Shown here: positions 19,031 through 26,198 of the stretch, piece after piece | Numbering within the stretch: the stretch's first letter is position 1 | How the letters are laid out: each line of letters starts with the position of its first letter | Virus record (IMG/VR): IMGVR_UViG_3300002835_000086 | Strand: one strand, 5' to 3' | DNA length: 64,000 nucleotides | From: a virus | Taxonomy: Duplodnaviria > Heunggongvirae > Uroviricota > Caudoviricetes | Notes under the pieces: model-generated | Told to the model about the DNA's origin: nothing | Seen by the model: only the letters and a program-made list of their open reading frames with translations | Database searches by the model: none | Translations under genes and position numbers: made by a program

Positions 19031-19495
19031 TTAGTTTTGAGTGAAGGCTTGGTCTGCCCAAGTCTTAGCTCCGAAGAATTCCCAAATCTTCATATCACAC
19101 ATATCGGGGAAAGACTCTCTCATTGTACCTACAGTCAACACGTCCAAGAATCCTTTGTCGATACTGTTCCACTTGTTTCCTTTGGTGGTCAATACGTTCA
19201 TCCAGTTACCGTATTCGTCCTTCACTTGAACGTTAACAAGTGTGTTCTTCTTGTATCCACTGATAACTCGCTTGGGAGTTCCTTTGGTGTCGTGGATACT
19301 GATGAACCCTGCTCGACACTTACCAGCGATACGGAACTCATACTCTTTGTTCTCGTCTTTAAGGTGGTTAGAAACCGATACAGTGTGACGTTTGCTCTTT
19401 ACAATGGTTTCGAAACTTCCGTAGAATACGTCTCCTGCCATTACGCCTTCAGTAACTTTGATGATAGATTTTGGGGTGGTGGTTGTGGTTGTCAT
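19031..19495 (-). CDS. hypothetical protein (MTTTTTT N-terminus)
   Basis: 154 aa; shares the poly-Thr N-terminus and upstream promoter box with the 18929 gene. Confidence 0.5.
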   Translation of the reverse strand: MTTTTTTPKSIIKVTEGVMAGDVFYGSFETIVKSKRHTVSVSNHLKDENKEYEFRIAGKCRAGFISIHDTKGTPKRVISGYKKNTLVNVQVKDEYGNWMNVLTTKGNKWNSIDKGFLDVLTVGTMRESFPDMCDMKIWEFFGAKTWADQAFTQN

Positions 19496-19507
19496 ATGTG
19501 TGTGTAT

Positions 19508-19545
19508 TTGTTTTTAACACTACAAAGATAGTGATATTATCCAAA
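19508..19545 (-). promoter_or_regulatory. TATCTTTGTAGTG promoter motif
   Basis: TAnnTTTG -7 element about 25 nt upstream of the ATG at 19495. Confidence 0.4.
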
Positions 19546-19560
19546 CTGCCAAAACTTTTT

Positions 19561-19986
19561 TTAAGAATTTCTACAACTTCCGTCACAACCTTGTCCGGCA
19601 CCTTCGTAGTAGTTGGTCCTGAAGTCAACGTGGGTTCCTGTTGGTACGTTTGTTTTTCTACCACATTGGATACAAACTTCAAACCCATCGATACTGTTAC
19701 CTAAACTTGTAACCATACCGTTCTCGTCTATCTGTAACGTAACGTGTTCATCTCGGTTAGATTTCATTAACTCAATCTCATTCCAATATTTTTGACGAAC
19801 ATATTCACCGAGAGAATAATCGTTTGGGTGGGAGAGTATTTCTTTTGATGTGATTTTTATTTCCATAGTTTTTTTTGTAAAAATAGTTTTAAGTTGTTTG
19901 TATGTAAACAAGATACCAGTCTTGTGGTATTTATTAAATATCTTGAGGTAAAATATGAAATTAGATGACGTTTTAAGAATTTTCAA
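19561..19986 (-). CDS. hypothetical zinc-finger protein
   Basis: CIQCGRKT ... GCDGSCRNS Cys cluster at the C-terminus. Confidence 0.45.
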   Translation of the reverse strand: MKILKTSSNFIFYLKIFNKYHKTGILFTYKQLKTIFTKKTMEIKITSKEILSHPNDYSLGEYVRQKYWNEIELMKSNRDEHVTLQIDENGMVTSLGNSIDGFEVCIQCGRKTNVPTGTHVDFRTNYYEGAGQGCDGSCRNS

Positions 19987-20479
19987 ACATTCAGGTGGTT
20001 ACCCAAACCCAAAAGCAACAGATATTTTGGATTTTATGAATCTGAACAAAATCAAGTTCGCCCAAATGGTTGCAGATAGATTTGGTGAATCAGGGGCCGA
20101 TAAGTTCTTCGACACCTCAGTAAAACGTTTATCTCAAAAAGATGGTGTATTTAAAATTTACCCATATGCTCAATGGGGACAGGATAACCCAAGTTATCTT
20201 GATTTGGATTTTAGTAATTCAAATACGGTTTTAGAAGAAGTTGGTAACCCTTACATTGGTATTTTGATTGAAGATTGGCAATTAAAAGATTCTTTAGTCG
20301 AGTTTATGGATGATGAAGGTAATACTCAAACATATACATTAGACGAACTTTTTGAAGTGATATCTGATGAAGAACCTTACCAACTTGATGATGCAATAGA
20401 AGATTGGATGTCTGTCATACAAAGGTCAATTTCAAATTACTTAGGAGTTCCGGTAGTTTTAGGAAATAGGAAAAAATAA
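19955..20479 (+). CDS. hypothetical acidic protein (plus-strand island)
   Basis: 174 aa, followed by a strong terminator. Confidence 0.5.
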   Translation: MKLDDVLRIFKHSGGYPNPKATDILDFMNLNKIKFAQMVADRFGESGADKFFDTSVKRLSQKDGVFKIYPYAQWGQDNPSYLDLDFSNSNTVLEEVGNPYIGILIEDWQLKDSLVEFMDDEGNTQTYTLDELFEVISDEEPYQLDDAIEDWMSVIQRSISNYLGVPVVLGNRKK

Positions 20480-20480
20480 A

Positions 20481-20512
20481 AAAGGTCAGATGATATCTGA
20501 CCTTTTCTTTTG
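20481..20512 (+). terminator. rho-independent terminator
   Basis: aggtcagatgatatctgacct perfect hairpin followed by ttttctttt. Confidence 0.7.
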
Positions 20513-20560
20513 GGACTGACAGGATTTGTCAATCGACTCCACCACCTGGACTACCAGGAT

Positions 20561-20881
20561 TTACTTGGTAACCAAAGCTTCCACTTTGGATTTCATATGT
20601 TCTGACAATGATACCTCACCAACCGTGGGTGTAATCAATGAAGTCAAAACAATTGAATCAACCAAATATTTGTACGGAATGTGAACCAAGAAGTCGGTAC
20701 CATTGAAGAAATCCAAATCTCCTTTGAGTTCCAAACAACCGTGAACCATTTTCAAAAACAACTTAAACTGAATACCGTCAACAAAGGTTTCATTCAAGAG
20801 GGTCCCGAACTTCTCGTTCTCAATCCTAATATTGTATGTAAAATTGATTTTCATACCACAAATATAGAAATAACTTTTCAT
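20561..20881 (-). CDS. hypothetical protein (start trimmed to MKSYFY)
   Basis: The tracked ORF 20561..20968 runs through the terminator hairpin of the upstream RNA; an internal Met after the hairpin is the more plausible start. Confidence 0.35.
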   Translation of the reverse strand: MKSYFYICGMKINFTYNIRIENEKFGTLLNETFVDGIQFKLFLKMVHGCLELKGDLDFFNGTDFLVHIPYKYLVDSIVLTSLITPTVGEVSLSEHMKSKVEALVTK

Positions 20882-20883
20882 AT

Positions 20884-20918
20884 AAACAAAAAAACCCGAA
20901 GATTTTTTTCTTCGGGTT
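20884..20918 (-). terminator. rho-independent terminator ending the ncRNA
   Basis: Minus strand reads cccgaagaaaaaaatcttcggg followed by ttttttt. Confidence 0.7.
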
Positions 20919-21805
20919 CTGGCACTTAGGTTGAGAATACACCTTCGATTAAGAATCTTTAGGGACATTATTGTTTCTTCCCGTTTCCACTACCTTTTGA
21001 GTAGTAATTCTTAGTGACGGTTCCTTAGGGGTACCATTCCTTGAGTCGTGCGGTTACTCTCTTTGTACTTGTTACTCTCCGAGGTTGCCACCCCAGTGAA
21101 TCCTTGCGGGATTAGAGAACTTTCTCAAGAATCATTTGGGTCTTGGGAACCCATAATGGCAATGAACATCTCATTACTATGTAGTCACCTTTCGCCTACG
21201 ACTGACAGACACTTTTCCTTCGTCTTTTAGTATTTGCATACTTCAAAATGCAAAGTTGTTGGTCTGTGGATGGTGAAAGTAGCGGTCTGCCAACCAGACA
21301 AGCCATCTTTTGAACGACTCGATACTGAACTACTCTCTGAGATATCCCTACCTCGATACTTCAAGAAATCTTCATAATTAAAATCTTGGTAGATTCTAAC
21401 TAAGGTTACCAACAGCACCACCTGTACGATAACATGACTTTCGTCTTTAAGACACCTCTGATATTGAATCCCGTGATTGTAAAGTTGGATGACTTTACTT
21501 CTCACAACAATTCTACGAGTTATTCTTATTGTTCTTCCGAACTCAACTCAACGACCCACATCGCTGAGTCATCATTCCATTTTGTCTACAGTGTCACCCT
21601 CGACTACTCAGGAACAATGATATCCCGCTTGCCTACTCGAGCTCTAAGAACCGAAGTTCAAAGAACCGCAGTCTCCGTTAACCTTCGGAGACCACTTTAT
21701 CCCACTTTCGTGGTTTATTTATTGACCATAGGCGGCCAATTATCTTATTTACTAACCTGTTGGTTAGAAGGATAATCAAATATGTAAAAGAACGTGTTTC
21801 GTTAA
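20884..21805 (-). ncRNA. candidate large structured non-coding RNA of about 0.9 kb (GOLLD/ROOL-class ornate RNA or other large ribozyme-like RNA)
   Basis: About 920 nt with no credible ORF on either strand and GC clearly above flanking DNA. Many short stem-loops carry GNRA or UUCG loops, for example CCAC-GAAA-GTGG, GAAC-TTCG-GTTC and GTCTCCG-AAGGTTAA-CGGAGAC. It begins just downstream of a TTG...TAACTTTG promoter next to the tRNA and ends at a strong terminator. Confidence 0.55.
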
Positions 21806-21811
21806 TTGTTT

Positions 21812-21844
21812 CACAAAGTTAAGAAGATTATTTTAATCTGTCAA
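21812..21844 (-). promoter_or_regulatory. Bacteroidetes-type promoter (TTGACA ... TAACTTTG) for the ncRNA
   Basis: Minus strand reads TTGACAGATTAAAATAATCTTCTTAACTTTGTG. The TAnnTTTG -7 box is preceded by a TTG at the appropriate distance. Confidence 0.4.
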
Positions 21845-21867
21845 GCACTTTGTAAAAGTTTTTTTTG

Positions 21868-21941
21868 TTGCGGGAGTCGGACTCGAACCGACGGCCTCAA
21901 GGTTATGAGCCTTGCGAGCTACCAACTGCTACCACCCCGCG
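21868..21941 (-). tRNA. tRNA-Met(CAU) with initiator (fMet) features
   Basis: Minus strand: CGCGGGGTGGTAGCAGTTGGTAGCTCGCAAGGCTCATAACCTTGAGGCCGTCGGTTCGAGTCCGACTCCCGCAA. The cloverleaf has anticodon stem CAAGG/CCTTG with loop CTCATAA (anticodon CAT), T-arm GTCGG-TTCGAGT-CCGAC and a 7-bp acceptor stem with a C1/A72 mismatch. It is near-identical at both ends to E. coli initiator tRNA (CGCGGGG...CCCCCGCAACCA). CCA is not encoded. There is one extra nucleotide in the D stem. Confidence 0.85.
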
Positions 21942-21963
21942 ATATATTTTAAAGAACGTGATT

Positions 21964-22014
21964 CGAAAAAAAATCCCAAAACTTATATCCTCTCGAACAC
22001 TCATTTTGGGATTT
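21964..22014 (-). terminator. rho-independent terminator (11-bp stem aaatcccaaaa / ttttgggattt)
   Basis: Long inverted repeat followed by a T-run on the minus strand, in the 3' region of the Nudix gene and upstream of the tRNA. Confidence 0.5.
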
Positions 22015-22171
22015 GGGGTTTGAGGATTCTACTCCTCTTCTTCCGAGTGTCTCACAAACTTACGAACAAATTTTGGACTTGTCAAATTGTTTATGAAACT
22101 TTTTTTGGGGGTATTATCTACCTTTCGGTAGAGTTTTATAAATATATGCTAAAATTGGAAAAAACCAAGTC

Positions 22172-22591
22172 TTACAGTATATTCATTAACAATTTATTTA
22201 ATTTTTCTCCTGTTTCAAGGTTTTTTACTTGTTTTTTGGTAAAATAACCACATTCGGTGTGTTCCTCACCGTCTTTGGCACTCTCCAAATCAGGTATAAG
22301 TTCCGTATCGCTATTGTATTCATATAGATACATTAGTCCCTTGAAGTGTTTACCATCACGCGTAAATCTTGGTAACATACCAGTGAACTTTAAGTTATCA
22401 GGATTCAAATCTAAATCAGTTTCTTCTTTAAATTCTCTAACAGCTGCCACCCTTGTCTCTTCCCCCTCTTCAATTTTTCCCGCAGGAACAGACCACATAC
22501 CAGGGAAACTACCCTTCTTATTTCTCTTACATAGTAAGCATTTGTCACCAACTTTGACTAGTACACCGACGTATCTTTTGTAATCATTCAT
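22172..22591 (-). CDS. Nudix hydrolase
   Basis: Nudix box GKIEEGEETRVAAVREFKEETDL (Gx5Ex7REUxEExGU). Confidence 0.8.
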   Translation of the reverse strand: MNDYKRYVGVLVKVGDKCLLCKRNKKGSFPGMWSVPAGKIEEGEETRVAAVREFKEETDLDLNPDNLKFTGMLPRFTRDGKHFKGLMYLYEYNSDTELIPDLESAKDGEEHTECGYFTKKQVKNLETGEKLNKLLMNIL

Positions 22592-22595
22592 ATTT

Positions 22596-22607
22596 ATAGA
22601 TATCTAT
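22596..22607. promoter_or_regulatory. 12-bp perfect palindrome ATAGATATCTAT between divergent Nudix and DUF192 genes
   Basis: It lies in the 14-bp gap between the two divergent start codons and overlaps the ATG at 22606; operator-like. Confidence 0.35.
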
Positions 22608-22956
22608 GAGAGTAAAAATAGGTGAAAATATATTCAATGTGAAGATTAGACACGACAATAAAGGTCGTGCTATGGGTATGATGGGTCGTAAATTTACTGA
22701 CGAGTATAACGGTATGTTATTCTTTATGGATGAAGACTCAAGTTGTTTTTGGATGAAGAACTGCGTCATTCCTCTTGATATCATATTCATTGATAATAGA
22801 GTAATAACTAAGATACACCACGACTGTCCTCCTTGTAAAGAAGATGACTGTCCAAGTTATTGTGGAAAGGGTGGAATGATTTTAGAAATTATGGGTGGTT
22901 CTGCAAAAGAACTCGATATCAAAAAAGGTGATGAGATTAAGATTCTTGTTGACTAG
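22606..22956 (+). CDS. DUF192 (COG1430) family protein
   Basis: GMLFFMDEDSSCFWMKNCVIPLDIIFID ... YCGKGGMILEI ... KGDEIKI matches the conserved DUF192 core. Confidence 0.65.
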   Translation: MRVKIGENIFNVKIRHDNKGRAMGMMGRKFTDEYNGMLFFMDEDSSCFWMKNCVIPLDIIFIDNRVITKIHHDCPPCKEDDCPSYCGKGGMILEIMGGSAKELDIKKGDEIKILVD

Positions 22957-24355
22957 CATCAATCTTCTCTTGTAACTTTCTCAAAAATTCCTCACCAATC
23001 ATTTTAACAAACTTAATGTAAGGAGCGTCCTCTCTTTCAGGGTCGTATCTGTATGAACCTCTTGGTGGTCTTGTACTTCTTCCAAGATAGTTAAGTCCTG
23101 ATATGTTGGTAATACATTTGTGTCCACCTGAGTTAGCTTGAATCAAGTCCCAAGCGTTGATACCAATCTTATCTAACATTTGCATTTCTTCTTCAGATAG
23201 TTGGTCGTATGGTTTTTCCATCATATCCTTAATTTTATCAAGGATTTTTTCACCACCATCCATCATCATCAACTTACCACCATAAATTGCATCGAAGTCT
23301 TTGAATGTAAATCCTACTGATTCAGGTCCAACTGATGATTCACTCACATACTTTATCGTTGATAATGGGATTGTTCTATCTTTAAGTTGTCCCTCCCATT
23401 TGGCCAGAACCTCTTGTGCAATCTCACCGAGATTAACACCTTTGAGTTCTCTATCTTTTTTGAATGGATTACAAGATGCCTGTACTAACCCTAACGGCCA
23501 CATAATAATTAAGAAGTCAGCTTCAGGATTGTTTCTAAAAGGAGTGTATCGGTCATATGACCCAGTACCTTTTAAACTACCCATACCATACTGAACGATG
23601 ATATTACCAATCTTCCTAACATTTGGATGACCTTTCATTGAGTCCATATAGGTCTCAGCGTTTCTTTGAAGGTCCTCAGGTTTTTCTCTTGTATTGGAAC
23701 CCATCCAAGATTTGATGTTGTTTAATATTGAAAGTAAGGATGGTTCCGAATCATTAACCAAGTATTCAAGGAACCCTTTCTTGTTTTTGAACGCCAACAA
23801 TAGTTTGTTTGTAACAAATCCTAACAACATTTTGTTACTAGCCAAATCTTTTTCTTTGTTAAGTCTAAACAAATAATTGATTACATCCTTGGTTGTTAAA
23901 CCATATTTGGCAAAGTCTGCTGAGTCGACAGTTGATATTAATCTAATGTCATCAGCAGGAAATAATTCTTTTGGTGAGATAATTTGTGAAATGGTTTCAA
24001 CGTTTGACCTTGCCTGTCTAAAAGACTTTGAAGCGTCTTTCTCAGCACCGACTTGTTTGTCGTGGTGGTCAGTGTGAATAACAAACATTGGTTTACCGTG
24101 AGCAAAATCAACTAAGACTGGCATTACATCACCAGATGCATCAGGTTTTTTAACTGAGAATTCTTTATCTCCATACTGTATAACCTCACTATCAACAACT
24201 TTAATACCATTATCTTCAAGGTATTTTTTCATTGCAATTGCAGTTGTTACACCATCCAAATCTTGGTGGAAATATATTTTAGCCTTTGGGTATCTTTGTG
24301 CCAAAGCCTTAATGTCTCTTAAACCTGATTCCTTAATTATTTTTTTCATACACAC
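22937..24355 (-). CDS. DHH-DHHA1 family phosphoesterase (NrnA/RecJ-like nanoRNase or pAp/cyclic-dinucleotide phosphodiesterase)
   Basis: HQDLDGVTTAIA (motif I/II) and FVIHTDHHDKQ (DHH motif) at the N-terminus; GGH of DHHA1 (ANSGGHKC) near the C-terminus. Confidence 0.7.
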   Translation of the reverse strand: MCMKKIIKESGLRDIKALAQRYPKAKIYFHQDLDGVTTAIAMKKYLEDNGIKVVDSEVIQYGDKEFSVKKPDASGDVMPVLVDFAHGKPMFVIHTDHHDKQVGAEKDASKSFRQARSNVETISQIISPKELFPADDIRLISTVDSADFAKYGLTTKDVINYLFRLNKEKDLASNKMLLGFVTNKLLLAFKNKKGFLEYLVNDSEPSLLSILNNIKSWMGSNTREKPEDLQRNAETYMDSMKGHPNVRKIGNIIVQYGMGSLKGTGSYDRYTPFRNNPEADFLIIMWPLGLVQASCNPFKKDRELKGVNLGEIAQEVLAKWEGQLKDRTIPLSTIKYVSESSVGPESVGFTFKDFDAIYGGKLMMMDGGEKILDKIKDMMEKPYDQLSEEEMQMLDKIGINAWDLIQANSGGHKCITNISGLNYLGRSTRPPRGSYRYDPEREDAPYIKFVKMIGEEFLRKLQEKIDASQQES

Positions 24356-24358
24356 TAA

Positions 24359-24730
24359 TTACATTGATGGTAACATACTCATAAGAACCACATCGTTAGC
24401 TCTTAACCCATTTTTAGCCTTTAAATTACACAAATGATTGAATTTATACATATGGTTCGCTTGCATCGTCATATCTTCTAATTTACTCAAACTATCACCA
24501 GGTTTGATTTTATACAACATTATGTTTTGCACACCTTCGTTTTTAATATCTTTAACTAAATCTTCTTTAGTGAAACAATATTTTGCACCGGCTTCAGTTG
24601 GTTTAGGACCTTTTTTAAGAATCTCTTCCGCTTTTTTAACGTAAAAAGATTCAGGTTGTGTCTGTTCACTAACAACCTTACGAATTAAGTTAGTTAATTC
24701 TGACTCTGTTAATCTAATAACTTTTTTCAT
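24359..24730 (-). CDS. LysM-like domain protein
   Basis: YKIKPGDSLSKLEDMTMQANHMYKFNHLCNLKAKNGLRANDVV resembles the LysM peptidoglycan-binding motif. Confidence 0.4.
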   Translation of the reverse strand: MKKVIRLTESELTNLIRKVVSEQTQPESFYVKKAEEILKKGPKPTEAGAKYCFTKEDLVKDIKNEGVQNIMLYKIKPGDSLSKLEDMTMQANHMYKFNHLCNLKAKNGLRANDVVLMSMLPSM

Positions 24731-25101
24731 TAGTATTTAAGTGTTAATAGGTATTTTAATTTGTTTATTAATAGTAACATCTCATCTCTCAAGTTGAGTA
24801 AGTCGCTATCAACTTTAGGGTCTAATCTGTCAGTAAGTGAAATTAAAAATTCACACGTACCATCAATAAAGCTTTGTAATGACATTGATTCTAAGTCTTG
24901 AAACATAATTGAGAATGATTCTGTAAATTCAGGTCTACCATATTTACCCATCATACCTTCAACAAAGTCATCAATGAATCCCCCCATTTTATCGTATACT
25001 TTACCGTATGCTCTGTGTTTTGCGTCATACATAGTTTGCCAATGTATAAATCTAAATTGGTTTTGTATTTGTACTAATTTTAATATTACTTCTTCTTTCA
25101 T
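24730..25101 (-). CDS. hypothetical protein
   Basis: 123-aa ORF, ATGA-style overlap with neighbours. Confidence 0.45.
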   Translation of the reverse strand: MKEEVILKLVQIQNQFRFIHWQTMYDAKHRAYGKVYDKMGGFIDDFVEGMMGKYGRPEFTESFSIMFQDLESMSLQSFIDGTCEFLISLTDRLDPKVDSDLLNLRDEMLLLINKLKYLLTLKY

Positions 25102-25102
25102 T

Positions 25103-26158
25103 TTAAGCCGTCATTGGTCCTTTTATTAATGTATTCATAAACATACCCATTATATCCATTTTTTGTGAACCTAAAGACATTTCGTTACCACCATCTTTAA
25201 CTTCATCTGATACTTTTGGGAAATCCTCTTGTAAATATGTTTGTGCTTCAGGAGTTTTTTCATACTTCTCCATCTTGGCTAATAATTCGTCTTCCCCTCC
25301 AACTATTTTTTCAAGTTCATCTGGTCCAACAAAATTTGCAACACCTAAATAATCTAAGAATCCTAAATAGAATTTGGTTTTACCCATCAAAACTCTAATC
25401 TTCATATTACCTTTTCTCCATAGGTCCGAAACTCTTCCAGCACCTAATCCACCACCATAAAAAAATCTTTGTAAAAAATTTGGTTTGTTTAAAATTGTGG
25501 GGTCCAAGAATTTTTCTCTCTTAACTAACGACTCAAGTCCTTGAATTAGTTCTTGTTGTTGTTTAGCAGATTTAGTAGGTAATCTTTTCGCTAAAGAAGC
25601 CGCCTCAGTTCCAACACCTCTAAAAAGTCTTACCCATTCTTTGATGGTGTTTTTAAATCCTCTTGTGATGGCTCCACCAGGTATACGGTCAATGAATTCA
25701 TCAACTTTTGGTGCCCATTCTCTACCTTTTCTTGCGAAAGTACCAAGAGCACCTTCACTTTTAGCAATTTGATTTAGATATTTTTGCGCTTTAACAGTAT
25801 CACCAGCATCAACTGCTTTAGATACCGCTCTCATTAATTGAGGTGTTTTACCCCCAACTTTCATCGCTCCCATAACAGATTTACCTAAAGCATCACCAAT
25901 GTAAGGGACAACAGAAATTAACGATAAAAAGGCATAAAGGTTATCGCCTTGTCTGTAATAAGATATTGCGTTTATTAAATCAGCAATTCCTGTTGGGTCT
26001 ACAATCCCAACCAAACTTAACACATCATTTTTCCAATTGTCCTCGTTAAGAGTTTTAGTATCAGAAGTTTTTTCCAATACCATAACACTCTTAATGATTT
26101 CAAGTTGGGATTCCGTTAATATTACTTGAGGCATAAATTCTTTTACAATAAATACCAA
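25103..26158 (-). CDS. hypothetical protein
   Basis: 351-aa ORF; no motif recognised. Confidence 0.5.
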   Translation of the reverse strand: MVFIVKEFMPQVILTESQLEIIKSVMVLEKTSDTKTLNEDNWKNDVLSLVGIVDPTGIADLINAISYYRQGDNLYAFLSLISVVPYIGDALGKSVMGAMKVGGKTPQLMRAVSKAVDAGDTVKAQKYLNQIAKSEGALGTFARKGREWAPKVDEFIDRIPGGAITRGFKNTIKEWVRLFRGVGTEAASLAKRLPTKSAKQQQELIQGLESLVKREKFLDPTILNKPNFLQRFFYGGGLGAGRVSDLWRKGNMKIRVLMGKTKFYLGFLDYLGVANFVGPDELEKIVGGEDELLAKMEKYEKTPEAQTYLQEDFPKVSDEVKDGGNEMSLGSQKMDIMGMFMNTLIKGPMTA

Positions 26159-26169
26159 GAAGTTAAAAA

Positions 26170-26198
26170 GAAAACCCCCACTTTTTTAGTGAGGGTTC
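26170..26198 (-). terminator. rho-independent terminator (CCCCCAC...GTGAGGG family)
   Basis: aaaacccccacttttttagtgagggtt at the 3' end of the methyltransferase gene. Confidence 0.5.

Noticed and set aside
18930-19061. N-terminal 44-aa extension of the 18189..19061 ORF
   Set aside because: The extension contains the terminator hairpin of the upstream gene and the TATCTTTGTA promoter box. The MTTTITTQ start at 18929 is paralleled by MTTTTTTP in the neighbouring gene.
21048-21775. ORFs 21048..21230, 21227..21505 and 21434..21775 as protein-coding genes
   Set aside because: They are short, mutually overlapping and low-complexity with no start context. They sit in a region that looks like structured RNA (GNRA and UUCG hairpins, elevated GC), bounded by a promoter and a terminator.
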